NCBI GenBank assembly: GCA_964016885.1 | Contig: OZ024763.1 | Coordinates: 17,236,001-17,300,000 of the forward strand | Length of the DNA: 64,000 nucleotides | Reading direction: 5' to 3' | Source: Eledone cirrhosa | Taxonomy: Eukaryota | In this document: positions 40,530 through 54,154 of the stretch, piece by piece | How the letters are laid out: every line of letters begins with the position of its first letter | How positions within the stretch are numbered: the stretch's first letter is position 1 | The notes under the pieces: generated by a model | The model's database searches: none | What the model was told of the DNA's origin: nothing | The model's input: the letters and a program-made list of their open reading frames with translations, nothing else | Translations under genes and position numbers: made by a program

Positions 40530-40960
40530 GATATGATGATTGCAGCATCTTCACAGACGATTGCTGTCTCTTATTGATTCTTCATTGTCATCCCGTCTGC
40601 GTCCATGACTTCGTAAATGACTTTGTAGACCATCTGCAGATCTGCATGGTTTATGATATACAGAAGACAGAAGAGAGCTGTGCTTTCCACAGGACCGGTG
40701 GTGTCACCCTGTGGGACACAATCTTTATCTACCACCATGTGTCTTTTTTAGTCTGGAACTAGTTCTACACACCTTGTTGCATATCACGCATGTTGTTTCG
40801 TCTGGTGTTTGTTGAGTGGTGTTGCAGGTGGTTATCCTTTCATGTGACTTTAGGTGATTAACATAACCGGCCTTTGAGAGGAGTTCACGCTGACAGGACT
40901 TGCATGTCCAACTACTGATGACTTCATCAAGACTGTAAGCACAACCTTTCCCGAGCTGAC
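40530..40960 (-). mobile_element. Degraded LINE 3' end encoding C2H2 zinc fingers (RTE-like)
   Basis: CKSCQRELLSKAGYVNHLKSH, CVICNKVCRTSSRLK.., ..HKPCRSADGLQSHLRSH with frameshifts; (ATC)n tail. Confidence 0.6.
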
Positions 40961-40999
40961 GCATACATTCATACATTAATTCATGCATACATACATACA

Positions 41000-41460
41000 A
41001 TCTGCAGATACTCCACACTGATTACACCTTCAGATTTATACCTGTGATTATTGGGGCACTGGGATATGTTAGTAACTGCCTCAATACAAATCTTGCGAAG
41101 CTGGGCTTCACAGGAACAGAAAGAATACGACTAGTTAGGAAACTACAAGTACAATCCATTAATGGAACAGTAAAAATATGTAAAACATTCAAAAAATTTT
41201 GCATCTAATAACTGCATATACACATGTACAGATACAAAGCATATACACATGCACACATACAACTCAAAACATACACATCCACACATACAATAACATCCAT
41301 ATCTACACATGCACGCATGCAGACATACATACATATCTACCTAGTTGATGTTTAAATTCCAATGAGAGAGTCATGTGTCTGTGTTAGAAACCGACTCTCT
41401 CTCTCTCTATTGACAAACATTTGTGAAATTATAAAACCAGAAGAACATACATACATACAT
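41000..41460 (+). mobile_element. Second R4/Dong-like fragment
   Basis: Near-identical to 24777-25235; (CATA)n on both sides. Confidence 0.85.
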
Positions 41461-41708
41461 ACACATATATATATGTACATATAGATACACATGTGTATAT
41501 ACATACATAAATGGCTGACTGAATACCCACGTGTTTTTTCCTCAGTAGCTTTCCTTTTCTTCTTCTCTGTCTTTCTATTTCATCTATTATTCCTCATCCT
41601 ACCTAATGTCTGAAACTTTAAGACTCTTTTCCTACTATATCAAGCGTTAAACTAATATATTTCTTAATTGTACCATGTTGTTTACTTTTTACATACACCC
41701 ACTTCCCC

Positions 41709-41773
<65 letters not shown>

Positions 41774-42409
41774 TACACACACATATATACATACATATAT
41801 ATTCATACACACACATATATACATACATATATATTCATACACACAAACACCCCCCCACCCCACCCACACACACATATATATTCACAAACACACACACACA
41901 TACACACACACACACACATATACATACATATATATTCATACACACAAACATCCCCCCCACACACACACATACACACACACATATATATTCACAAACACAC
42001 ACACACATATATTCATAAACACCCCCCCCACACACACATATATACATACATATATATTCATACACACAACCCCCCCTCCCTCCCTCCCTCCCCACACACA
42101 CACATATATACACACATATATATATTCATACACAGTAACAACATAGCCATGAAATCAGTAAATAAACTTGAAGAATTAATTAATTAATATAATTTAGTAA
42201 ACCAGTCAATTCTTAATCTCCATCCATTCAAAGTAGTTTTATTATATTTATGTATCTCTGTGTTGTTGTTTTATATAATTTTAAATTAATCCAAGTACAA
42301 AATCTCGTTAGTTTAGATACTCAATTAATTAATTGTATTTATCTTTTTATTTGTTTCAACCAGATTCATTATGACTGTTCCCTGGTGGTCTTTCTCTTCT
42401 ATATATGTC

Positions 42410-42489
<80 letters not shown>

Positions 42490-42490
<1 letters not shown>

Positions 42491-42688
42491 TCGGAACGAG
42501 TAAGACCCCGACGGCTGAGCTCAAGCCGTTTCGACGGCTAATTCTGGACTACAGAATTAGCCGTCGAAACGGCTTGAGCTCAGCCGTTGACGTCCTACTC
42601 GTTCCTATTACCCACTCTACTACCCTAAGTATTGAGTACTTTGGTGCGTTATGGTCCACCTGGTTCCCTACCACATTTCCTTCGTTAT
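42490..42688 (+). mobile_element. PLE family H fold-back copy
   Basis: Inverted arms around ctggactacag, tail, (TA)n flanks. Confidence 0.75.
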
Positions 42689-42692
42689 ATAC

Positions 42693-42737
<45 letters not shown>

Positions 42738-42740
<3 letters not shown>

Positions 42741-43003
42741 CATCATCATCATCATCATCATCATTTTACGTCCGCTTTTCCCTGCTTGCAAGGGTGGGAC
42801 GGGTCTTATTCAGCACAGCATCTCCCCACTTGTCACGGTCCTTCGTCATCTCCACCGTGAGCTTCAGCGATCTGAGGTCTGTTCTCACCACCTCCGCCCA
42901 TGTTTTTCGTGGTCTACCTCTACCACGTCTTCCTTCAACTGGCATTTCCTGGCACTTCTTCACCGATCGGTCATCTTCCATGCGCATCACACGTCCATAC
43001 CAT
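42738..43003 (-). mobile_element. RTE LINE 3' fragment
   Basis: MMRMEDDRSVKKCQEMPVEGRRGRGRPRKTW; (ATG)n tail. Confidence 0.9.
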
Positions 43004-43599
43004 CTCAGCTCATTTGTTCTCTCTTTCTCTTTCTATCTTTCTCTTTCTATCTTTCTTTCTCTTTTTCTCTCTTTTTCATTCACTTTCTTTCTCTCCCACT
43101 TTTATTCATTTTCTCTCTCTCTTTCTGTCTTTCTCTCTCTCTCTCTCCTTCATTTACTTTATTTCTCACTCATTCTCTTGCTTTCTTACTCCTACTGTCT
43201 CATTCGCTTGCCTTCTCTCTCTCTCATCTCTGCTCATCTATTCTTTCTCTCTCGTTCTATATCTTTCTTTCTCTCACTCTCTCTCTCTTACACTCATTTA
43301 TTCCCCCCTCTCTCTCTCACTTATTAACATCTCCCTTTCACTGTCATCTCAGCTCATCTGTTCCCTTACCCCCTCTCTCTCTCCCTCTCCCTTTCACTCA
43401 CTCTCTATCTCGTTTACTCACTCTCACTTTCATTAACTCTGTTTATCTCTCTCTGTTATTTTTTAAGCATTTCTCCCTCTGACTCTCCCTTTCACTCTCT
43501 CTCCCTCCCTTTCACTCTCTCTCTCTCATGCTTTGTTTCACACATACACTCTCTCTCACACACTCACTAACTCTCTTTCATTCCCTTACTAGGTATTTA

Positions 43600-44320
43600 T
43601 GTGGTTAAGAAGTGGGAGAGTCTCTGGTTGAGAAGTGGGTGTGTCTGTAGTTAAGTAGGAGTGTCTCTGGTTGAGAAGGTGTATTTGTAGTTAATAGGTG
43701 TGTCTGTGTAGTTAAGAAGTGGGAGAGTCTCTGGTTGAGAAGTGGGTGTGTCTGTAGTTAAGTGGGAGTGTCTCTGGTTGAGAAGGTGTATTTGTAGTTA
43801 ATAGGCGTGTCTGTGTAGTTAAGAAGTGGGAGAGTCTCTGGTTGAGAAGTGGGTGTGTGTCTAGTTAAGTGGGAGTGTCTCTGGTTGAGAAGGTGTATTT
43901 GTAGTTAATAGGTGTGTCTGTAGTTAAGAAGTGGGAGAGTCTTTAGTTGAGAAGTGGGTGTGTCTGTAGTTAAGTGGGAGTGTCTCTGGTTGAGAAGTGG
44001 GTGTGTCTGTAGTTAAGTGGGAGTCTCTGGTTGAGAAGGTGTAGTTGTAGTTAATAGGTGTGTCTGTAGTTAAGAAGTGGGAGAGTCTTTAGTTGAGAAG
44101 TGGGTGTGTCTGTAGTTAAGTGGGAGTGTCTCTGGTTGAGAAGTGGGTGTGTCTGTAGTTAAGTGGGAGTGTCTCTGGTTGAGAAGGTGTATTTGTAGTT
44201 AATAGGCGTGTCTGTAGTTAAGAAGTGGGAGAGTCTCTGGTTGAGAAGTGGGTGTGTCTTTTGTTAAGAAGTAGGCATGTCTGTGTAGATATGAAGAAGG
44301 CGTGTCTGTTTGATTAAGTG
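43600..44320. repeat. Minisatellite of about 21-25-bp subunits with a higher-order period of about 107 bp
   Basis: agtgggagag at 43611, 43718, 43825. Confidence 0.85.
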
Positions 44321-44324
44321 AATA

Positions 44325-44745
44325 TCTGGCTACAACTAGTAACCTAGGGTTACTCCTGCTTTTTCATATCATTCCTTGCCATTTCATTACTGCTGGTAGT
44401 CCAGAACCTTTCTCAATATTTGCTCTGTTCCCAGTAGGAATGTCTTGCAGAATGGTTCAATACCCTGGTGTAAAGTTTATTTTTCACAGGTAGTCTCCAA
44501 GGTTCTACGTCACCGTGCCAACAGCACTAGCCACCACTGGGACAATGGTGGCTGTCTATATTTCAGTACTCCATCATTTCAACATCTCGTATTTGAAGTT
44601 GCCATATGCCGCCGCTACTTTCTCTTTTTATTCAATTCTGGAGTCAAAATGTCGCGCTACATCTACGAGTGGACACTTTCTCTCTCTTCGTCTCAATAAC
44701 AACAATATCTGCTCTGTTGTCTTCAATCTTCATCTCAGGTCTGAA
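44325..44745 (-). mobile_element. Degraded RLE LINE 3' end (second R4-like family)
   Basis: EDNRADIVVIE...FDSRIE*KEK...Y..FKYE...IVPVVASAVGTV...LLGTEQILRKVLD with stops. Confidence 0.7.
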
Positions 44746-44884
44746 TTATTATCATGGTGGTGGTGATGGTGGTCGTGGTGGTGGTGGTGGTCGTGGTGGT
44801 GGTGGTGGTCGTGGTGGTGGTGGTGGTGGTGGTGATGGTGGTGGTGGTGGTGGTTGTCGTCTTCATAGTCGTGGTGGTGGTGGC

Positions 44885-45300
44885 CGTGGTGACTTTGCCT
44901 TTCATCCTTACGGGGTCGATAAAATAAAGTACCAGTAATGCACTGGGTGTAATTGCTGGCCTTGTTCCTAAAGTAGAAACAATTATTATTATGGTGGACT
45001 GGCAGTATCGGTAGAGGGTCGGACGTCATGCTTTGATGCATAGAGTTACAGCCCTTGCCATTTTGAGTTCAAATCCCGCCGAGGTTGACTTTGCCTTTCA
45101 TCCTTACGGGGTCAATAAAATAAAGTACCAGTAATACACTGGGATAATTGCTGGCCTTGTGCCAAAAGTAGAAACAATTATTATTATTTGCCTTTCATCC
45201 TTACGGGGCCGATAAAATAAAGTACCAGTAACGCAATGGGGTCGATTTAATCGACGACCCCCCCCCCCTTTGTGCCTATAGTAGAAACAACTATTAGTAT
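44885..45300 (+). mobile_element. Tandem S2 SINE copies
   Basis: Same core and (ATT)n tails as 23390-23915. Confidence 0.8.
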
Positions 45301-45787
45301 AATAGTAGTAATAATTATTAGTCTTATTACAGTATAAGCTAAACAGCTACTATTTCAACACACCACATCATTACAGTAAGAAGTTATGTATTAAAACTAC
45401 TTACACTGTTATTACAGTTTAGTTTCAAGAATCATACAGCTTCTCCTCATGTGTAGGTATGTGTGTGTGTAGGTATGTGTGTGTGTGTGTTGGTATGTGT
45501 AGGTGTGTAAGTATGTGTGTGTGTAGGTATATGTGTGTGTGTGTGTTGGTATGTGTAGGTGTGTGTAGGTATGTGTATATGTGTGTAGGTATGTGTGTGT
45601 AGGTATGTGTGTGTGTGTGTTGGTAGGTGTGTATGTATGTATGTGTGTGTAGGTGTGTGTATGTATGTGTGTGTGTGTGTGTGTGTGAATGCATCTGTAC
45701 ATGTGTATATGTGCCTGTGTGTATGTGTGTGAATATATGTGCGAATGTGTGTATATGTATGTATATATATGTGTGTGTGTGTGTGTG

Positions 45788-45833
<46 letters not shown>

Positions 45834-45839
45834 ACCAAA

Positions 45840-46196
45840 GATTAATATAGTTCATTGATTACTCAATGAATATAGTTTTACAATAGATTAAAAGCACTCA
45901 ACATGAAAAGTTTTCTAGAGTTCACATAATCAAAATATATGTTTTATTATATATATTTCGAAGGTACTGTGCTGTTTTTTCCACTACGTCCTCGTCAGAT
46001 AAAATACATGAATTGATGTATGACATACCTCAACGGTGTTGATGGTTCAATTCCAGTATTGGCAGATTGAACCATCAGCACCGTTGAGGTATGTCATACA
46101 TCAATTCATATATTTTATCTGACGAGGACGTAGTGGAAAAAACACCACAGTACCTTCGAAATATATATAATAAAACATATATTTTGATTATGTGAA
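45840..46196 (-). mobile_element. Penelope-like fold-back insertion, D group (D4)
   Basis: 45921-46052 is the reverse complement of 46067-46196; tail at left with rc TGTTGAGTGCT (45893-45903). Confidence 0.8.
46113..46175 (+). ncRNA. Minimal hammerhead, D4 (mirror copy 45942-46004 on -)
   Basis: ttttat-CTGACGA-ggacgtagtgg..ccacagtaccttc-GAAA-tatata-T-A-ataaaa. Confidence 0.8.
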
Positions 46197-46331
46197 TGTC
46201 TTCATTTATTAATATTTTGAATAAAGTATATATATATACACAAACATCATTGTTTAATATCATTTTGTCCATGCTGACATGGGTATGTATATATATGAAT
46301 ATATATATGTATATGTGTATATATAGGTGTA

Positions 46332-46372
<41 letters not shown>

Positions 46373-46422
46373 GTGTATATATAGGTATATATATATATAT
46401 ATGTATATGTGTATATATAGGT

Positions 46423-46454
<32 letters not shown>

Positions 46455-46510
46455 GTGTATATATAGGTGTGTATATATATATATATATATATGTATATGT
46501 GTATATATAG

Positions 46511-46548
<38 letters not shown>

Positions 46549-46560
46549 GTGTATATATAG

Positions 46561-46592
<32 letters not shown>

Positions 46593-47357
46593 GTATATGT
46601 ATATACAGGTGTGTATGTATACATATATATGTGTGCATATATATATATATATGTACATGTATGCATATATTACATAAACAAAGATACATATATACACACA
46701 CACACACACGCACACACGCGTTACTCCTCTCCAGATAACAAAACAATACCCACCTATTATTTGTACATATTTCTATATTATTTATATCTATAATTTATGT
46801 TTTATTCTGTCTTTAAACCCCCCTCCCCCGAAAATTGATGTTTTTCAAAATGAATATCCTCTTGTTTCTGTTAAACGCCCCCCTTCACCCCCCTGTTCCG
46901 CCCCGCACCCCAGATTTTCGATCTTATGTAAACACCGCACCCCTCCTACTTAGATAATTATATTTCTTACTGTATATAGTATTTTACTTTACATGGGCAC
47001 CCATGTAAATAAGCAGTAGTGTGTGAGGTGTTGGGGCAACAACAAGAATTTACTGTACTTAGCTGTTGTTTGCTGCTTTGTTGGGGCTTTTTTTTTTTTC
47101 GTCTCATTTTGTTTTGTGGGTATTTTTCTGTGTTGCGTGTATTGTGTATGTCTGTGTTGTATGTTTGTTGTATGTGTATTGTGTGTATTGTGTGTGTGTT
47201 GTGTTGTGTATGTTTCTGTTTCTGTGTGTGTGTGTGTGTATGTATGTGTGTGTTTTGGGGGGTAGGGTAGTGGCAGGGGTGTTACGATGTTGGCAAAGAT
47301 TATTTGTGAAGAAAAGAAAATGCAGTGGAAAATGATCCTGTTGTACATAAATATAGT

Positions 47358-47642
47358 CTATCATCATTTCATCATCATCATCATTTCATTTTACGTCCGC
47401 TTTTCCCTGCTTGTAAGGGTGGGACGGGAACTGATTCTGGCTTGATTTCTACAGCTGGATGCCCTTCCTAACACCAACCTCATTTACAGTGAGTGCTGGG
47501 TGCTTTTTTTCCATGGCACCTCCACGACCACTTTGCAGTGGAATGATAGGGACTGGGGTCCCTATCATCTCATTTCTACAGCTGAGTAAACTGGAGCAAT
47601 GTGAAATAAAGTGTCTTGCTCAAGGAAACAACACATCACCCG
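47358..47642 (-). mobile_element. S1 SINE lacking its head
   Basis: Matches S1 body and tail. Confidence 0.85.
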
Positions 47643-47910
47643 TTAATATATACAAAATATTAACAAATGACAACCATATTTATTTCATTATACATATTTC
47701 AAGGGCCACCAGAGCAAACTATGGTGCGCTTTCATCAGATAAAATATAATATAGGTTAGTTTTATAAATAAATGTTGACATACCCTTAAAAAATGCAACC
47801 ATTCTGGTTGGAATCTCCTGGATATCAGATAATAATTTGTTGAGTGCTTTATATCAGTTATAAAGATATTTTGCTTGTTGTATCCCAACAAATTATATAT
47901 GACCTCTACA
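47643..47910 (+). mobile_element. PLE insertion, D group (D3); hammerhead 47683-47744 on -
   Basis: rc ttttat-CTGATGA-aagcgcacca..tggtggccctt-GAAA-tatgta-T-A-atgaaa; tail with TGTTGAGTGCT at 47838-47848. Confidence 0.75.
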
Positions 47911-47917
47911 TATATAT

Positions 47918-48229
47918 ATCATCATCATCATCATCATTTTACGTCCACTTTTCCCTGCTTGCAAGGGTGGGACGGTAACTGATTCTGGCTTGATTTCTAC
48001 AGCTGGGTGCCCTTCCTAACACCAACTTCATTTACAGTGAGTGCTGGGTACTTTTTTTCCGTGGCGCCTACACGTCCACTTTACAGTGAGTGCTGGGTGC
48101 TTTTTTTCCATGGCACCTCCACGACCACTTTACAGTGGAATGATATGGACCCCAGTCCCTATCATCTCATTTCTACAGCTGCGTAAACTGGAGCACTGTG
48201 AAATAAAGTGTCTTGCTCAAGGAAACAAC
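47918..48229 (-). mobile_element. S1 SINE lacking its head, with an internal 48-bp duplication
   Basis: tttacagtgagtgctggg occurs twice (48031, 48080). Confidence 0.85.
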
Positions 48230-48845
48230 CTAAATAGAATATTAGCCTATGACTTCATTTATACCATAAACATGGTTTTGTTTTTGCGTGTATTTGTTCT
48301 TATCGCTCCACATAACAACGTATTATCTTCGCTTTTTTTCCGTTCATTGCCAGGGAACATCTCCACGAACCAAAGTATCCTCTTTCTGTTTTCCTTTCGG
48401 TTCCAGCCTTTTTCACAATATTTACTTCTGCGTTCACAGATTGATTTCTTTCAGTTTCAGAAGATCCCATTAAGTGTGAAAGCAGCGATTTTTTGCTTAA
48501 ACTTTAATCTGTTATTCTAATAAATATATATAGATATATATATATATCATCATCATCATCATTTTACGTCCGCTTTTCCCTGCTTGCAAGGGTTGGACGG
48601 GTCCTATTCAGCACAGCATCTCTGCACTTGTCACGGTCCTTCGTCATCATCATCATTTAACGTCCATCTTCCATGCTAGCATGGGTAGGATGGGTTGCCC
48701 CTTTGTGAGGGATTAGTTTTGAGGTTCCGTGATTCACTCACTCAACTGATTTGGCTTTGTTTCTACAGCTGGATGCCCTTCCTTACACCAACCTCATTTG
48801 CAGTGTGTGCTGGGTGCTTTTCCTATTAACTATAGTATATAATAT

Positions 48846-49424
48846 GGCATACGTCAAGACGGGCGGTCTTAAAAGTGAAAGTAAATTTATTTTCATTTTC
48901 GAACGTCGTGTTTACATTTTGTGTGTGTGTTTAGATCTAAAATTAGTGTCGTTTTAACTGATTATATATATATGTATATGTGTGTGTGTGTGTGTAGTTG
49001 ACGGTTGAGAGAAGAGTACTCAATACCGAAGTAATCTTGTAATGAGGCTTGCAGAATGGTGAGTCCGCCATTCTGGACGCTGCTGCCTTGCAGAAGTCCC
49101 AAATCGAAGTTCTGACATTCTCGTCCCCATCATTCAGCAGGGATTTTGCCAGGCAGCCGCATCACCTCCGATGGTTGGGCTTCCTATTCGGAAATTGAAG
49201 GTGGGATTTACGTTCATGATGTTGTGGTGCACGAACGGACCTTTGTAGATCCTGCGGACCTTGGTGTGCACACACAGCTCATAAAGAACACATGGAGCCG
49301 TGCAAAGTAGAAGCTTCGTCGCCATCATGTTTCGTTTGAACACACACACAAAATGTAAACACAACGTTCGAAAATGAAAATAAATTTACTTTCACTTTTG
49401 AGACCGCCCATCTTGACGTATGCC
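48846..49424 (+). mobile_element. Internally deleted Merlin (IS1595/ISXO2-like) DNA transposon
   Basis: About 95-bp TIRs starting GGCATACGTCAAG; 8-bp TSD tataatat/tgtaatat; transposase relic VPNRSSDILVPII..ILPGSRITSDGWASY...VVHERTFVDP..GVHTQLIKNTWSRAK*. Confidence 0.85.
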
Positions 49425-49639
49425 TGTAATATTATAGTTAATATGAAGTATTGTAAGACATGTAATAAAAGACTGACCAGTTTCAAAAAGCCAGTACAAT
49501 CTGGTATAGAAATATATAAAGGGATGACAAATAAAATAAGATAAAGTAATGTTTTTTTAAACCAGTGTTTCAACATAATATTTCAGGGTTTATACACTCT
49601 TTTCAAATAAAGAAAAAAAAAACAGTTGAAGGGCATCCA

Positions 49640-50380
49640 GACAACCATCCAACCGTCTAACCATCCCACCATCTAACCATCCCCCAATCTATCCATCCCA
49701 CCAACCATCCCACAATCTAACCATCCCACCAACCATCCCACAATCTAACCATCCCACCATCTAACCATCCATCCATCCCACCATCTAACCATCTAAACAT
49801 CTATCCATCATACCAACCATCTAACCATCCATCCAACCATCTAACCATCTATCCATCTATCCACCCCACCAACCATCTAACCATCTATCCATCCCACTAA
49901 CCATCTAACCATCCCACCAACCATCAAACCATCCATCCATTCCACTAACCCTCCAACCATCCCACCAACCATCTAACCATCCATCCATCCCACCAACCAT
50001 CTAACCATCTATCCATCCCACTAACCATCTAACCATCCCACCAACCATCAAACCATCCTTCCATTCCACTAACCATCCAACCATCCCACCAACCATCTAA
50101 CCATCTATCCATCCCACCAACCATCTAACCATCTATCCATCCCACTAACCATCTAACCATCCCACCAACCATCAAACCATCCATCCATTCCACTAACCCT
50201 CCAACCATCCCACCAACCATCTAACCATCCATCCATCCCACCAACCATCTAACCATCTAACCATCCATCCATCCCACCAACCATCTAACCATCTATCCAT
50301 CTATCCATCCATCCATCCCACCAACCATCCATCCATTCCACTAGCCATCCCACCAACCCACTAGCCATCAAGCCACCACC
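49640..50380. repeat. (CCAT)/(CCATCTAA) low-complexity array
   Basis: Directly visible. Confidence 0.9.
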
Positions 50381-50474
50381 ACATTAAAAGCCAATGTAGA
50401 TTAGATTATAATAGAGGGAAACGGCAAAAGCTTTTGATGTTCAGTGGATATGGTAGGGTGTGTGTGAACCTGAC

Positions 50475-50540
<66 letters not shown>

Positions 50541-50713
50541 GTGTGTGTGTGTGTGTGGCATCATGTGCCATCTGTGTCTGTATACCTGTGTGTGCATCTC
50601 TATGTAAATGTGTATGTGTCTGCGTGTGTCTGTGTATGTATATATGTGTGTGTATAAGTGCATATGTGTATATGTTCTGTATGTGTGTGTGTTTCCTATG
50701 TGAGTGAGTGTTC

Positions 50714-50754
<41 letters not shown>

Positions 50755-51088
50755 ATGTGTGGAGAAAGGAAATAAAAGGCTCGATAATTATGATATAACA
50801 TTAAGGAAGGGAGGAGGGAGGGAGGGAGAGAGGGGGGAGGGGGAAGCTATTTATTAAGAAGAAAGCAGGACCAAATATATAGCTTATCTCTTTGGAATGA
50901 TTAGAAAGAGAGAGAGAGGAGGGAGAGAGAGACAGAGGCAGAGTGAGGGAGGGAGAGAGAAAGGGGGAGAGACAGAGAAAGAGGGAGATAGGAAGAGAAA
51001 GAGAGACAGAGAGGGGGAGAGAGAAAGAAACAAGGGGGAGAGAGAGACAGACAGAAAAAGAGAGAGCAAGAGATAGAGAGGGAGAGGG

Positions 51089-51120
<32 letters not shown>

Positions 51121-51144
51121 CGAGAGAGGGAGAGCGGGAGAGGA

Positions 51145-51177
<33 letters not shown>

Positions 51178-52080
51178 AAGAAAGAGAGAGACATACAGAA
51201 AGAGAGAGATGGGGGGGGTAGAGAGGGAGAGAAAGAGAGAGAGAGAGACATACAGAAAGAGAGCGAGAGAGAGGGGATAGAGAGCGAGAGAAAGAGAAAA
51301 AGAGAGAGAGAGAGGGAGAGAGAGACATACAGAAAGAGAGAGAGGGGGGGATAGAGAGCGAGAGAGAGAGAGAGACATACAGAAAGAGAGAGAGGGAGGG
51401 GATAGAGAGAAAGAGAGAGAGGGAGAGGGAGAGAGACATACAGAAAGAGAGAGAGAGAGAGGGGTGATATATATATATATATATATATATATAGGGAGAG
51501 AGAGAAGGAGAGGGACATACAGACCAGATTTGTGTTATTTTGATTATAATAAATGTTTCTAGTTCCTAATTCAAGCCAAAATATTGATTATTTACGGAGG
51601 AAAGAAACAAAAAAAAAAAAAAGAAGAGGTGGAAAAAGAGGAAAAGGAAAGGGAAAAGGAAAGAAAATAAAGGTAAAAATATATAAACAAACAAAAAAGA
51701 AAGGAAATGAAATAATATGGAAACAAAAGAAGAAAATGTCTAAATAATGTTGTTCAGTTGTTCTTCTTTATAGACTGGGTAAAGAGATTTAATGGCTGGA
51801 TGGTGGCTTTTGGTCAATATATATATATATGTATATATATGTGTGTGTGTGTGTATTTATATATGTATGTGTGTGTGTGTGTATATACATAAATATGTGC
51901 ATGTATATATATATATATATATATATTTACATATTTATTTATATATATATATATATACATGTACAAATATATATATATATATATATATACATACATACAC
52001 ACAAATATATATATACATACATACACACAAATATATATATACATATATATATACATACACACACACAAATATATATATAC

Positions 52081-52111
<31 letters not shown>

Positions 52112-52477
52112 TACACATACAAATATATATATATATATACACACATACAAATATATATATATATACTTTCAAATATATATATATACACATACAAATATAT
52201 ATATATATATATATGTGTGGGTGTGAATGAATATATATATATATATATATATACACAAACACACACATATTTATGTGTTCCCCTCTAATTGTTGATTGTA
52301 GTACTTTAATTATCTGCTAATTATGAAAAATAGGGTCACAATAATGAACAAAGTAGAAAATAATTACCTTAATTAGTAACCTTTTATTTGTTTTGTTGAT
52401 TTATATCTTTTGAACTGAAGCAATGGTGGAGTGTTTCTGGTTGATTAACATTACAGTATTTGATGTATAACTAACAT

Positions 52478-52880
52478 TTATGACCCCTTTTTCATTGTTA
52501 TGACCCCTTTTTCATTGTTATGACCCCTTTTTCATTGTTATTATCCCCTTTTTCATTGTTTTATTATCCTCTTTTTCATTATGACCCCTTTTTCATTGTT
52601 ATGACCCCTTTTTCATTGTTATGACCCCTTTTTCATTGTTTTATGACCCCATTTTTCATTGTTTTATGACCTTTTTTCATTTTATAACCCCTTTTTCATT
52701 GTTTTATGACCCCTTTGTTCTTTGTTTTATAACCCCTTTTTTCATCGATTTATGACCCCTTTTTTATTGTTTTATGACCCATTTTCATTGCTTTATAACT
52801 ATATTTCATTGTTATGACTCCTACGTTCATTGTCTCATGACTTCTTTTTCATTGTTTTATGACCCCTTTTTCATGTTTTA
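52478..52880. repeat. 20-23-bp tandem repeat
   Basis: tatgacccctttttcattgt units. Confidence 0.9.
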
Positions 52881-52981
52881 TGGGGTATTAATATTAGTGT
52901 AGCTTTTAACCCCTTTTGATACCAACCTGCCCTCTAAACTATTTCTGGTTCTAGGAAACAAATAACACATTTTCAAAGGGC

Positions 52982-53830
52982 TCATCATCATCATCACTGT
53001 TTAATGTCAATTTTTCCCCGCTAGCATGGGTTAGACGAATTGTCCTGTTACGGGCAATGCCAGGTCAGGTGACCATGACTTGCTCATACAGAACTGTTTC
53101 TAGCTAGGTTTCTACAGATGGATGCCCTTCCCAACAACAACCACATTTACAGTAAGTGCTGGGTGTTTTTTGTCGTGACACCTACACCACCACTTTACAG
53201 TATGGACTGGGTGCTTTTTGCTGTGACACCTACACCACCACTTTACAGTGTGGGCTGGGTACTTTTTGTCATGACACCTACATGACCACTTTACAGTGTG
53301 GACTGGGTGCTTTTTGTCATGACACCTACACCACCACTTTACAGTGTGGGCTGGGTGCTTTTTGTTGTGACACCTACACCACCATTTTACAGTATGGACT
53401 GGGTGCTTTTTGTCGTGACACCTACATAACTACTTTACTGTGTGGACTGGGTGCTTTTTGTCGTGACACCTACACCACCATTTTACTGTATGGACTGGGT
53501 GCTTTTTGTCGTGACACCTACACAACTACTTTACAGTGAGGACTGGGTGCTTTTTGTCGTGACACTTACACAACCACTTTACAGTGAGGACTGGGTGCTT
53601 TTTGTCGTGACACCTACACAACCACTTTACAGTGAGGACTGGGTGCTTTTTGTCGTGACACCTACACAACCACTTTAAAGTGAGGACTGGGTGATTTTTG
53701 TCATGACACTTACACAACCACTTTAGAGTGTGGACTGGTTGCTTTTTGTTGTGACACTTACATGACCACCTTATGGTGGTTGTGATGGTAACATGGCAAA
53801 AAGCACCTAGCCCACGCTGTAAAGTGATTC
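52982..53830 (-). repeat. SINE/RTE 3' end with an internal 48-bp unit amplified about 13 times
   Basis: (ATC)n tail and ggatgcccttcc precede ctttacagtgtggactgggtgctttttgtcgtgacacctacaccacca repeats. Confidence 0.85.
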
Positions 53831-54154
53831 CTATTTTAATTTAAAACCTTCCAACATAATTATTTAACATAGGAACCTTTTGTTATAATAATATCACAAA
53901 TGGTATACTTTGGTCCCGTAACTCCTGAGGGAATTGTGGTGACGTACAGTGTTTCTTGGGCACTTTAACCCCAGCAGAGCCCATCTCCTCACCATGTCTT
54001 TAACCCCAGCAGAGCCCATCTCCTCACCATGTCTTTAACCCCAGCAGAGCCCATCTCGTCACCATGTCTGAATACTGTAGATTTCTTCCAGAGATAAATA
54101 GAGTGATAGAGAGGAAGTGGGAAAAAGATAAAGGGTAAGAATAAACCCCTCAGA

